This document shows positions 35,265-53,134 of a DNA stretch of 64,000 nucleotides, one piece after another. The notes under the pieces are model-generated. The model did not search any database. It was not told the origin of the DNA and saw only the letters and a program-made list of their open reading frames with translations. This DNA comes from Utricularia gibba (lineage: Eukaryota > Plantae > Magnoliophyta). Where the stretch lies: the NCBI GenBank assembly GCA_002189035.1, contig NEEC01000016.1, forward strand, positions 682,001 to 746,000. The letters run 5' to 3'. A program made the position numbers and the translations under genes. Numbering within the stretch: the first letter of the stretch is position 1; every line of letters begins with the position of its first letter.

Positions 35265-38200
35265 ATGGTGATTGTAAAGAATAGTGCCAAGGCAGCTTTA
35301 GTTGATATGGAGCGCCATTCTCCGCATAGCAGGGATACTATTATGTCGAGTGAATACGATGATGGTGTTCAGCGCAGGAACCTAGCAAGTGCTATTGAAT
35401 CTGATGATGATTTTGGTGACTCTGACTCTGGAGCTGGATCGGATGATGATATTGATTTATTGGAAATAGGTGAGAGGGGGGAGGAGTTTTGCCAAATGGG
35501 TGATCAGACATGCAGCGTTCCCTATGAATTATATGACCTTCCTGGGTTGACTGATGTGCTGTCCTTGGATGTGTGGAATGACGTTCTTACTGAAGAGGAC
35601 AGGTTTCAGCTCTCGAAGTATTTGCCTGACATGGATCAGGAGAGCTATGTGCAAACACTGAAGGAGCTATTTTCTGGGGATAATTTGCATTTTGGTAGCC
35701 CAATATGTAAATTGTTTCAGATGTTGAAAGGAGGTACGTGTGAACCAAGAGCTACTCTTTATAGGCAGGGTTTAAATTTCTTTCAGAGGAGGAAACATTA
35801 TCATAACCTTCGGAAGTATCACAACACCATGGTGAACAATCTGCATCAGATAAGGAATGCCTGGTTGAACTGCAGTGAGCGGAGTATCAAGCAGAAGCTT
35901 CACTTGTGGAGCATAATGAAGAATCAGAAAAATGAGAACATCGAAGCATTTGTGAGTGAGTCTTATGATAAGACTGAATCTGGTGACGGTCTATTGGGTA
36001 AAAGGAAAAAGGGCCTAATTCTAGGACAGGATTTCGGCATACATTCTGAATTTCACATTAATTCGCACATAGAATTATCTTCTAGTGTCCAGCAATCCAC
36101 CTTTGATTATGCTTTTAAGCAGGGTAAACGAAACTTAAAAAAAAAATCGAAGTTGGGGAGTTTGAAAACTGCACCAGTTAAGGAAATAAATCATCTTGCT
36201 TCAACCATACTTGGAGTTCCAATGAGGTCTCATTATTATGGTTCTTCCACCACATTAATGGTGAATGAGGGGATTGTAGAGGATGAAGAGTCAGAATCAG
36301 TATTTCCTGGAGTCATGAAAAGAGATCATAATCTTCATAACATTAGAGCAAGAACAGAAGAGGAATTAGATAGTTTCATGGGATCCTCTACGTCTGGAAA
36401 AGTAAATGCCTTCGGAAGGAACAAAACTATAAATAAGTTGTCGGACATCACAATGCTAACTGTGAAGCCATCCAGTGTGAGAACAGTAAATGGTGGAGGG
36501 AAAAATATCAAGCATGATGAGAATCTTCAGTACATTTCTTCTGGGAATCAGATGAAACACATTGAGGGTCATAAGTTGAATGCATCCTCAAAAAGAAGAA
36601 TGCCTCTGTTGAGTGCTGAAAACCCAGAATGGTCTCATAAACATGCGGACTTCTTCCCAATCGGCTTTCCCATTAACTCAAAAATAAATGCAACAAAAAG
36701 TAGGCTATGGGAGAATGGAAACGAGTTTTCTGATGGGATTGGCAAGAGATGCATGGATACGTTTTTTAGAAATGAGGACACTGAATCAGATTCATCAGAG
36801 CATGATGAGTATGAAGATGAAAGAACATTGATGGGGAGGACTAAATGGGCCTGTACTAGTAGTCGTCCTGAGTTGAAGCAGAGCTCAAATGTAAGGAAGT
36901 ATAAGAATTCAAAGAAAGATAAGAGAGGGAAAGACTCATTCCTTGATGGGCCATCTTCTTTGTTGAGAAAAGTGAAGTACTTCGGTGCAAGCCCTGAGGG
37001 ACTCAATCCAGAAAATAGAGGAAAGATGGCTGATTCCCACTCTTGCACTGTGTTACCAACTAAAGAATTGGAAGAACATCACTTATCTAGACTAGGAAAT
37101 GTAGTTGGTGCTGATGAGCTGCGACAATTTTATGCAGTTGAATCAAATGGTTATTCAGATGCAAATGGTTTCAATATTCCATCAAAGAAATACTCTACCA
37201 ACAAGGAAAAGAAGCATAAGGGTTCTGTTACTCGTGATTCTTATCTTCCACAATCTAGTCAGATGCATGAAGGTCTTGGAGATGATTATTTCTTGGCGCA
37301 GACCCTTTCTACTGATAATGGAGCTCCCGTAAAGTTGGGGAAGAGAAATCAGTTGGTTGGATTTTCAGCTGGATATTATTCCGAAAGACCTGACCTGGGT
37401 TTAGTGGGTTCCAACGGGTTGTTGAAGAAGAGGAAATTTGGGAATGGTCTTGATCCTTCTGACCTGGAGGATAATGATGTGGATCCTCAGACATCAGCTG
37501 AATTGCAGTTGGAAAATTTAAGTTCTACAAAGAAACGAGGCCCTAAGTTGAATGACAAGTTAGGTTTACACGAGAATGGAGTTTCACAGCCTCTTGATAT
37601 GGTGGAAATTGAAGTGGAAGATATTGAAACCACCAAACGTCCAAGAAAGTCGTTTCCTCTTATTACACCTAGTGCTCCAAGTAATTTCTCGTTTTCCATT
37701 ATGCATCTTCTTTCTGCGCTTCGCATGGCAATGGTCACTTTGCTACCAGGTGATTTAGATGGTGGAAAGCATCATAGTAATAATGATTCTGAAGAAGGGG
37801 TCAAGGAGGAGCAAGATAGCAATGGCACCATTGCTGTTTCTGAGTCAATTGTGAATGTTAGTACACCCCTTGGTCATGAAAACATACCTTCTCTAAGTGT
37901 TCAGGAGATCATTGAGCGTGTTAGATCAAATCCTGGCGATCCTTGTATTCTTGAAACTCAGGAACCACTCCAGGATTTAATCAGAGGTGTTCTGAAAATT
38001 TTTTCATCCAGAACTGCTCCTCTCGGAGCTAAAGGGTGGAAGCCTCTTGTGGCATATGACAAGCCAAGAAGCGTTGGTCATGGATAGGTCCACTGTCAAA
38101 TATTTCACTTGAATATGAAGCTTCTGAAGAGGTGACATCTCCTGATGCTTGGGGCCTTCCTCACAAAATGCTTGTCAAGTTAGTTGATGCATTTGCTAAC

Positions 38201-39124
38201 TGGCTGAAGAATAGTCAAGAAACTCTCAAGCAATTAGGAAGTCTTCCCTCTCCACCCACGATGTTGATGCAAGTTATTTTAGATGAGAAAGAAAGGTTCA
38301 AGGACCTGAGGGCTCAGAAGAGTTTGAGCACTATCAATCCAAGCTCTGAAGATGTGAAAGTATACTTCCGCAAGGAAGAAGAACTCAGGTATCAAATACC
38401 AGACAGGGCCTTCTCTTACACAGCTATTGATGGCAAAAAATCTATTGTTGCACCTCTCAGGAGGTGCGGTGGAAAGCCAACATCCAAGGCTCGAGATCAT
38501 TTTATGTTGAAACCAGATAGGCCACCTCATGTTACAGTTCTTTGCCTGGTGAGGGATGCTGCTTCCAGGTTGCCTGGAAGTATTGGGACTCGTGCAGATG
38601 TATGTACATTGATTAGAGATTCGCAGTACATCGTTGAGGATGTCTGTGATACACGAGTCAATCAAGTAGTTAGTGGAGCATTGGATCGCCTACATTATGA
38701 GCTTGATCCTTGTGTCCAATTTGACTCAGAAAGGAAACTATGGGTTTACTTGCATAGGGAAAGAGATGAAGAAGATTTCGAGGACGATGGAACTTCTTCA
38801 ACAAAGAAATGGAAAAGGCAAAAGAAGGAAGCTGATGAACCAATGGAACATGGAGATGTCACAGTTGCTTACACAGGCCAGTCAGGACCTGATTTGATTT
38901 CTGATCTAAATGCAGAGGCGTCATGTACAGATGATGATAAGATGTCAGAGCCCGATGATCACAACGAAAATTCTCTTGCCCCAGATGATTGCATTGGCAA
39001 ATCCTTCACCGCACCTGAGATGTGCAATTATTCAGGAAATGAATCAGGCCACTTGCCTGGCCCCGACATTTCTACAAATGATAATTTTGATGAAGACATG
39101 TTGGGAGATCCACTACAAACCTGA
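35265..39124 (+). CDS. NFRKB: NFRKB / INO80-complex subunit homolog (single coding exon; 1-nt frameshift at about 38064)
   Basis: DEUBAD-like N-terminus (CSVPYELYDLP..LSLDVWNDVLTEEDRF..YLPDMD..HFGSP), central IQEIIERVRSNPGDPCILETQEPLQDL and C-terminal ARDHFMLKPDRPPHVTVLCLVRDAA. The ORFs 35226-38087 and 38132-39124 join after a one-base correction. Confidence 0.9.
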
Positions 39125-39813
39125 TCATGATAACATCCCATCAGTCTCAAGGTACTCATTTCTAACTGCTGGTGCATTCGTTGAATCGTTCCTTCACTTC
39201 GTTAGGAATCAGAATATTTAACGCTGTGCGGTAGCTCGTTGGGAGATGGTAATAACAATGCTAGTGAACTACAATTGATTTTGTAGCAGTAACTTAACTC
39301 TGACGCCCTTGGATTCTTGCAGGAGCTGGAAGATGGTGGGCTGCAGGCCGTGGAAACACTCAAAGGAGGTGTTTTCGGTTCTGCAACATTGTTGAGATTT
39401 GTGGTGTTGCTGCATGTCTCAAAAAACCTTTCTGCACAGGTGATGGATGATGTATATAATTACACCAACCACATTATATACATACTGGACACTGGCTATG
39501 TGTCTTAAGTTCCATGCAATGAATCTTGATATAAAAGCAACTCAATGAAAAGTATAAGCAATAAGTAGACTTTTGGCTTGTGGACATTGATACAATAATC
39601 ATGCCCAAATTGAGGATGTGCATGCTCACACATGACTACAAATCAGACAGAGTTGCGCCTAACAATAGTTCTTGCAGGTAAAAAAAGTCACCCTGTTCAT
39701 AGTTTCCAATCCTTGGAGGTAAGCAGTGCTTGATGGGGTTTCACTGGATCCTACAGTTAGGTTGTGTATGTATGCCAACTGAGGCAGGCATGGGATCTAT
39801 TTGCCTGCTTGGC

Positions 39814-42091
39814 CTACAAACTATGATTCTTAAGTGATAGAAGGGCCTTGGGTGACAAGAGCAGCATGAATGCGAAAATTGAGCCAAAGATCATCTTTAC
39901 AGCATACTTCATTATATCATTCTCACCTCCTCCTGCAAGGGTGTCGGGAGGTGAAATCGCCATGGCTGAAGGCAGGGCCTCAATCACGGCATTCGCAAGG
40001 TCATCCACAAATGTGGGAGTACAGTTGAGCGCCGGCACACGACCCCAGTTCGAGATTCCGGATTCAAGAGCCAACTCTCTATACTCCATGTCGATCTCCT
40101 CAAGAGTTTCTATGTGCTCGCTCACAAAACTGAAAGGTCAGCGGCATGATAATCACATTAGAAAGAGTATTGGTCATTTCCTGTTTGATGAGATGAATGG
40201 AATGGTTTGTTTTGTTTACAAGAAAAGGGGGCGTACCTCACTGGAACAGCTAGCAGAGACTTGACCCCCTTCTGGCCGAGCTCTACAAGAACTTCATCTG
40301 TATAAGGTTTTAGCCATTGCACTGGTCCTACCCGGCTCTGAGATAGGTGCAATCAGAAACCAATGCCATGAGAATAAGCAGGAGAAGGGTTTACAGTTGT
40401 TCGTGTGTATGATGAGATCAAAAGGGGCCTAAGAGTAGCAGTAAGAACAGCAGCAGCAACAAGGAAACATGAATGATTTCAACAATGCATAAAAGGCATG
40501 CGTTCATAATCAACCTGGTAAGCCAGCGTATGTGGGTTGTTGACTCCTCTGCTTTTGAGTTCTCGCATGATCAAAAACACACAGTCTTCCATCTGGTCTT
40601 GATAAGGGTCACCAGCATTCTCAACATAACTCACAGGAACTCCATGAGCACTGAAGAAGATCGTAGCCTATAGATTTCCAGAAAAAATAGATTTTCATAC
40701 AGTAAGGACGTCTTGTCAGTTGAAATCTAGTTATTCAAAATTGTTCATTTTGCAGACCTCTTCTGGGTTAGGGAAGTTCTGCAACTCCCTTTGGATCAGA
40801 GAAGCCATAGACTTGATGTAACCTTCCCTCTGATACCATGATTTTATGATGGCAACGGGTAGTTGAGACAAATGTGGATCATTCCTATGAAAAGGTACCG
40901 TTTTATTTACGCTGTGTATTGCATAAACAGATACTTCATTCAACATCTGAACTGGATTTTCAACTAAACTACCTGAAAATATCATGGAGAACACGGATGC
41001 TTGAACCAGATGTAGATATAGAGTACTGAGGATAAAGTGGCAACACCACAAGCCTTGTGATCCTATGTCTTTTAATCTACAGGAAGGAGATCAGAAAGCA
41101 TGAAAGGAGACTTTTAAATGTGTGATAAACTGAAGGGTTTCTCAGTACTAGTACTACCAAAACACAGCTTAACAAGGAGAGCTTCAGCCATACCTGATGA
41201 ACTGCCTCCTCAGTGAATGGATGCCAATAGCGCATTGCTACGAAAACATTTGCTTGAACACCCTTGCTACCCAAGGCTAATTTTAAAGCACTGGCCTGAA
41301 AAAGAGGAGCAGTCTTGTTATACACACATACATGGAAATACCTAGAAGACTACAGAGAAACTAAGGAAGAAAAAAACCAGAGACTTCTAGTTACCTGATC
41401 ATCAGTAATTTTACGCAAAGGAGAACCCCCTCCTATAGCAGCATATCCTTCTCTGCTCTTAGAAGCCCGAACAATTGAAATAAGTTGCGCCAAAGGGCGC
41501 TGAAGGAATCGGAATAACCTGGGAAGGCGAATGATATCCTGCCATGCAGCATAGCAAACATCATCAAGAACATCAGCTAGCCAGAGCTACGGGACATCAA
41601 AACTTGCATAGGACTTACAGGATCAGCAAACAAATTATACAAGAAAGGCTGCACATCATTCAGAGTCTCCGGCCCACCAAGGTTCAGAAGCAAAACCCCA
41701 ATTCTGTCCTCCGAAACACGTTCAAAAGCACTCTCTAAGCATGGCGATGCCCTTAGTGAGCAGTATATTTTTTCCCGTACAGGAAACCGTAGCGATGATG
41801 ATCGCTCCCCATTGTATTTAATCTCCTTCGCGTCGGAATCGGAAGTGCCAAATGGGCTCGGAATCAATTCAGTTCGAGTTCTCAACCTATGGCCACATAA
41901 CGATAACACTTCTCAAACACAAAGCATAGAGACGACGGACTTACGAATCACAAAAAAAAAAAAAGAAATCTAAGAACCTGGAATGTCAACAAGAACTGTA
42001 AAAATGAAAGGAAAAAAAGCAAGGCTCACCATGAATTGGATCGATCAAAACTCGATTGAGAGAGAACGCGAGCACTGGCAGCAACCTCCAT
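39814..42091 (-). CDS. FC1: Ferrochelatase, FC1-type (no CAB domain), multi-exon
   Basis: [80 protein letters not shown] and [11 protein letters not shown]. It ends in an FC1-like hydrophobic tail. The exon 1/2 phase is unresolved. Confidence 0.92.
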
Positions 42092-42861
42092 CGCCAAAAA
42101 CCTCTTCTTGAGCCCTGAATCAAGCACCAACCAAACACGAAGAACCCCAGGAAAAAAGGCCTCGAAGGAAGCAACCACCATCCACGTATCCCATCCCTGA
42201 CCGCGCTTTTTCTAAAAATAATAATAAACTATGTATAAATTCATGAAAATGGGGAATTAGAAAAAAAAAAAAAAAAAGAGAGAGAGAGAGAGAGAAGGAA
42301 ATGGATTATTTTTCTTTTTTTAATTTTTTTAATTGCAACAAGTAGGTTGAATTCCAGACAACGTAATAGTTTAATATTTTTTTAAAATAATATGCGAAAA
42401 GTAAACAAAAATAATCTAAAATAAATATACAAATTGATGTTTTTGAACAATAAAATATCGCTTTATTAATAATCAATAAAAGAATATCTAAATCCCCGGA
42501 GACAAAATTTTGGTATGCAAATTCAATAAGGTTGAGCATAAGATGGACCTGCGATTGCTTCTTCAACTTATGGTAACAAAGAATAAACTCAAAATCTGTT
42601 TCAGGTTTTTGGCACTAATTTCGATCTATCTCAACAAAACATTCCTCAAATTTCCCTATAATTTGATCATTTCCTGCAAAATTTGATCCAAAAGACCACT
42701 CATCAGGGGAGTTGTCTGCTTCATCCTGCATTGTATCAACCAGAGGGGTTGATGGAGATAATGGCGTTACGGGACAGGATCTGTCTCAGCTGTAAACATC
42801 GCCTCTGGCTTCAATGGTTCAACATTTTCTTCTACAATATTCAGGTAATGTGAAGTACCTT

Positions 42862-45629
42862 TCATTTGCGGCGTTTCTTCAAAAACTGAGCAGAATGACA
42901 AAACCTCTTGAAAGGAAATATTGCTGGTTGACTTGGGGAATGATGCTTTCTTTTCTCTCTTCCTGAAAAAAACAAACATGGCATCAGATCAACGCCCTCC
43001 CCTTCAAGGGAGTGCTCTGTTCACAGCAGATGAACACACGAACATGATCGTACCTGAGGGAAGTTTAAGAAAATCTGCCTTGGGCTCTGGCTTCAGAACG
43101 TCCAGTAGCGCCTTCTCATGCTCTGGGGCAGTCACTGAAGAGCATTTGATGAGCCGTTTATAGGAATCCAATGAATCAGTCTGTGCCGGTGACAAACCGT
43201 CGTATGATTCAGGAGGCTCAGCCATTTCCAGTGACAGGTTTTGGGTACAAGGACTTGGTGATGACAGGGCTTGAAGCTGGCTATCACTTTCAGGGGTGAA
43301 TTCGTGTGGAACATTGTCCGCTTCAAGGCCTTCAAGCTTGCATTTGTGAATCTCAACTTGTGATTCAGAATTCGACACTTGGACATGGGCAGAGTTTGCA
43401 CATTTCGTGGAGTCAGAAAGTTCCATACTTGTTAAACTGAGGGATGAAGATAATTCCATGGGGCTTTGACAAGTTTGTCCAGAAACAGGCACAGCAGATT
43501 CTCTATAAGCCTTTGATGTGGTATCCTGGACTTCAGTTTTGAGAACGGAACTATTTGGCTCCAAGCTGCTTGAGGAAGAAAAAATCCGATGTGGCGTTAT
43601 AACCTTTTCAGTTGAAGACAATAGTGTAGGATCCTCAACACTAGGGGCCGGATAAGAGGCTACCGCATCAGCAAATTGACAGCCTGTAGAAAATATTTCT
43701 GAGACAGCAAATGACAAAACTCCATCTTCATGCAAAATCCTATTGCTGCTTTGATTTAAGGACGCACTGGGTGTTTCATCAATCGAAGGATAACTGGCCC
43801 CTTCACTAGAAGATGAACGTTGATCGCCTTCTACACGAATGACTTCCTCATGCATGGTTGCCATATTACTGATGCCAGCTGGATTTTCACATAACTCAAC
43901 AAGTGACTGACTATTTTCAGCTTTCTTTCCAGAAATTTCAGATGCTGCATCCTCTTTGATCCCCATAGAAGCTACTGAAGAGTTGCTAATGCCTTGTCTA
44001 TCCGAAGCCTTCTTTGTTGTACATAATATATGTTCTTCCATCTGCAAATCATGTGGAGGTGGGTCATTCACATCTGGGGCAGATTGGGTAGGTTTCACTT
44101 CTTTTTCAAGATTGTTCAAGGCCAGAAAAGATTTTTCCAAGTCGTCCAATAAAAGATCACCCCCATCACTTGAAACAGGATCCCATTTAAGAGAGGCTCC
44201 AGATAAAGATTTATCTGGACGAATGTTCACACTAACTGGTATTTCCTCCACTCTAACAGCTTCCTTGTAGAAACGTTTTTTCCTCAAAGCATTCGCTAGG
44301 AGACACCTAAGAAAATCAGAAGACAGAAAATTTTTATACTAATCACGTGATCTAGCATACAGCTTCAGAAAGATTGCCCACCTACAATTATTTGAAACAG
44401 CTTCTCGTGCACGTGCCATAGAAATCCCAGTGATAGAAAATAGATTTGCAACATCCAGAGGACCTCTGAGCTCGGCTAAAGAAGTGGCAGCACTGGAAAA
44501 GATAAGATTCTTGCCCGAAGTCCAACCAACAAGGAGCTGGAATCTCAATGAGGGAACGGAGAGAAAAAATAAACAACATAGTTTATCATCGTCCTCAGGA
44601 GGCATGCTCATCATCCTAATCATTAACTGAGTTTACTATCAAATTTTCTTCCTAGACAACATCATTATTTTTTTGTAAATAAGGTTAGAGCAAAAAGCCT
44701 AATATGGAACTCATTAGGCAAGTTCGTATGTGATCATGTGGATTAAAAAATAAATGAAATTAAAAAGAAACCTGAGGCATTGTCCTACCATACGCTGTAA
44801 GAGGCACATAAGCTACTCACCTTGCAGTTGGAAACCAATTGGCGTCTTGAATGAGCGTCAGCCAGCATACCAGAATATGATATCTCAAAGAACACTCCGC
44901 GCTGAAAACAATGGTTTATCAGACTTCACAGCATCTATCATAATATTTCTAAAAAAATTATATGACGGATAGGAAGCCATACAAATCTACCTAAAGGGCA
45001 AATGAGAGGGGAACTACTACTAGAAGCAAGAATACCTTCATAGCAGCTTTAATCATTGGTAGCTTCAACCTGAAGGGCAACTTCTCCGAAAAATCAATAG
45101 AAATAATATCCAGCTGATGGTTCAAACAAGCAATCAGAAAAGATTGTACATAAAAAAAAAAAAAAAAAAAAACCTCATGCACATTATTCAAGCAACAAAC
45201 CTCCAATGTCTGGCAAGCCTGATCGAAAACATTTTGGTTCATGGGCTTCACAGCCACAATGTCATAACTTCTGAGAATAGGATTCCCGGAATTGATAGCC
45301 GCCGCTTGAGACGGAGTATCTACAACCACTGTGAGGCGAGTATACTGACGAAAAGGGCGTGAAACAGGAACCTGTAATAGTTCTCTGTGGAACTTGACGG
45401 TAGCAAAGAAAGTAGACGTTGGAGTAATCTTTGTAATAGGAAAAAGAGGCGTCGAACACCGATCAGACTCCGACATGATTCCTTTCATTGTACGATTGTA
45501 AGCCACCCCCGTGTACCCGAGCTCCATCGCTTTCACCAAAAGCTTCAATCTGCGGCTCGTTAAGGAAGACTTATCGAAGACCTTACGGTCGGATTCCAGG
45601 TAAGGAATGTTCAGATCGAAAAAACACAT
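42862..45629 (-). CDS. RPP30: RNase P/MRP subunit p30 (GAF1-like) with long Ser/Glu-rich C-terminal extension
   Basis: MCFFDLNIPY, LGYTGVAYN, RQYTRLTVVVD, YDIVAV.P and LDIISIDFSEKLPFRLK. A large exon spans about 44290-43054, and a terminal exon 42962-42862 encodes GREKRKHH..IFPFKRF..LKKRRK*. Confidence 0.88.
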
Positions 45630-46300
<671 letters not shown>

Positions 46301-46564
46301 TGCTTCAAATTCCACTACTCGGAGAATGCTGCTTCAAGTCTTGCTGTCAAGAAAAAAGTTGAAAAGAAACCTTGTGTTCATCGTTATAGTTTTCAGATTT
46401 CTCAGCGGATGCAACTGCTTCGTTGCAATTGATGAGATCAGCTGCAACTAAGAAGCATTCTGCTATAATGTAACAATCCTTCGACTGTCAATCAATCAGT
46501 TTGATCATGTTAAGTGAGATATGAACATTGAGAAGACGGCGCCGCCTTTGCCTTCGTCTTTTCT

Positions 46565-50460
<3,896 letters not shown>

Positions 50461-53134
50461 GAATCAATGATACAGAGATACCAGCAGACGAACACACAAT
50501 TCAATACATCCACCGGAACGACCTGCAACAAAATGGGAGAGAAGTCAATATCAATCATAACCCAACGACAAACGATCACAGAAATTGTAAATCACTAGTT
50601 CAAAATGCTGTAGAACGCACCCAACAGCTGCGACTCTTGCTGGTCTAATCCTGTAAATTAATGCATATCATGAAGACGAACGGTGGAGAAACCGTCACCC
50701 AACTGAAGCGCGAAAGAAGACACTGGGATCCGGAGATGATCATACGATTGCCACCAAATTCCCGTGTTATTATCTGGAGGATCAACCCCCGTTCCTATAC
50801 AAACGAAGTCGCCGTCAACGCCGAAGCTCTCCAACTTTCCATTGCTGTTGTTTCTCAGCTCACTCCACCTAATATATAAACGCAATCCTAAGAAATTACA
50901 ATAATGCCCTCAATCCCACACCCTTCAACGCCACATCTTTTATTACACTCTTCCCGCAATGGCGTTTCCCCTCAAGGGCAAATTCGGGTTCTCAGTTACC
51001 CATGACGTTGCCCCATCAACGGCGGAGTGGGACCAGCAGTTCTCTGCATCATTCCATGGCCAAGCCAGCCAATGAGAAACGCCCAAGTAGGCATTCCTGT
51101 TCCACGTGGCCGTATATTATTAGTTAAAATTTGTTCGAAGTCGTCATGCAATATGCTTCGAGGAAGTTTCCTTTTTTCTTTTTTTTTGTCATACCAGTGG
51201 CGAAGAAGCTTCCAGGAAACTTCCATGGAATAATTTGTTTGAGTCTTGTTCAACCATAAATGAATAGTTTTACCAACTAACTTTTTATTAATACAAAACT
51301 TTTGAAATATAACACCATTTGTTTCATTCTCCTTGTTGACTTTTCAAATAAAAAATCGTTAGTCAAACAAATGTGTCTAGTTTTTGAATAATGAGAACTA
51401 ATTATATACGTCTTTCAAATAATAATGAATCAAAAATAATTAAAATACAAAATTTAAATTAATTATTAATTTTAATTATCAACTCTAATAATAACAATTT
51501 TTCATTTAATTAATTACATAATGATAGAGAGAGTATGTTCTTTGTTGATAAAAATGATGATACCCTAATTGATTTGACATCATTCAAAGATTTAATATGT
51601 TTGATCATACTTTTTTAATACGTTTAATTTATTATGTAGTGATGATCATTATATTAATATTATTTGGTTTGAATTCTGATTTCTAATAGTGGATGCTTTT
51701 TTAGTTTTACTTGATTTTATATTTTTCTAATAATTTTTAACAATTTTTCAAATTTTATTAGCTTTTTTAGTAAAAAAATACTTTATTTTACTATTTTAAA
51801 AATAATTAAAACTACAATGACACATCCAAATCCATAAATGACGAATCTACCCACTGCACTTATATTTGAATGGGCTTGCCGTCAACACTCATGAAAATAA
51901 AAAAAAGACACAATTAAAGTTGTCATCATCCCCATTTAATGAATGATCTACTTCTTCTTTTTTTACCATGATGATGATGATGTTGTAATAAATTAAATGC
52001 AAAACCGCTTGTCTTCTTCAAAAAAAATCAATTATTGGTTTAATAATTATTTATTTATTTTAAATATGTAGTCAATTCTCATATTTGAAAATTGATTTTG
52101 AAAATTACTTCAATTATATTAAAACTAGAAATTGTAATTTCTCTGTTATTCAAAAAAAAATATTAAAATACTATAATATTGATATAAATCTATTTAAAAT
52201 ATTATAATAAATTTGTGAAATAAATATAGCTTATTATAATATTTTATAATATAAACTATTTATAGAATATGATTATTAAAAATATAGGTAAATATTTCAT
52301 TTACTTATAAAAATAGTTTTTTTATTTTTTGAATTATAAATATTAATTGATTTGATGACAATTATTCTTAAAAAATCGAACATATACCAATTTGCATTCT
52401 CAATTTTACTAAAATTAGTTATAAAGTGATTTTTATCTCTTAAAACATTTTGACGATTTTTTCTCCAAAAAAAAATTAAAAGTTTTTCTTAACATTTGAA
52501 AAATGTTTTTAAAAATGGGGACTGATGAGGAAATACAAAATTCGAAATTCGATATTTTTAGGGGTTGATTTGCAATATCGGGTGAGACAGGAAACAATGT
52601 ATTGGGCCGATGCTGAGGAACTAGGAGGCTATAAATAACGGAAATATTTCTGAGGGGCATAAAAAATAACCCCAAATTAGACGACAACTGTCCGCCCATG
52701 TGCACATCATTATTACAAAGGCGCTTTTTGTGTGGGCCCATTTACCACTTTTTTTAATAATTTTATTCCCTATAATTTGATGGAATTAATAATAAGTATC
52801 GTTTTTCTAATCTTGGATGCAAGGACACCTTTTCCCATTTTATATCTAAACATTATTTATATATTTTAAATGCTATTTTTTTAAAAAAAAGTTATTGTAA
52901 GAAGTAGTTTTAACCTTAGAGTATATAAGTATAGTTTTAATCTTGTATAATGCATTTTCTTCGAGGGAGTAAAATGTAAAATCATGATAATTAATTGTTC
53001 GAATCACATAATATCGTACAATAAAAATATAAATAGTTACGATCATAATTATAATTTATGGGAGGTAAAGTGTAGTGACCGGGTATCCATACAAATCAAA
53101 TGAAGGTGTCTTGTGTGTGGTATACGGTCAGGAT

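Noticed and set aside
34620-35271. ORFs in the NFRKB leader (116 aa and 75 aa)
   Set aside because: They use non-ATG starts and run through a CT-rich 5' UTR and a U-rich intron, with no family resemblance.
2441-38087. Programmed -1 ribosomal frameshifting as the explanation for the split ORFs
   Set aside because: There are no X XXY YYZ slippery heptamers with downstream structure, the genes are unrelated, and homologs are known as continuous ORFs. Sequencing error is far simpler.
40824-40835. CTCTGATACCA resembling a retroelement tRNA-Met primer-binding site
   Set aside because: It falls within a ferrochelatase exon (SWYQRE codons), so the match is coincidental.
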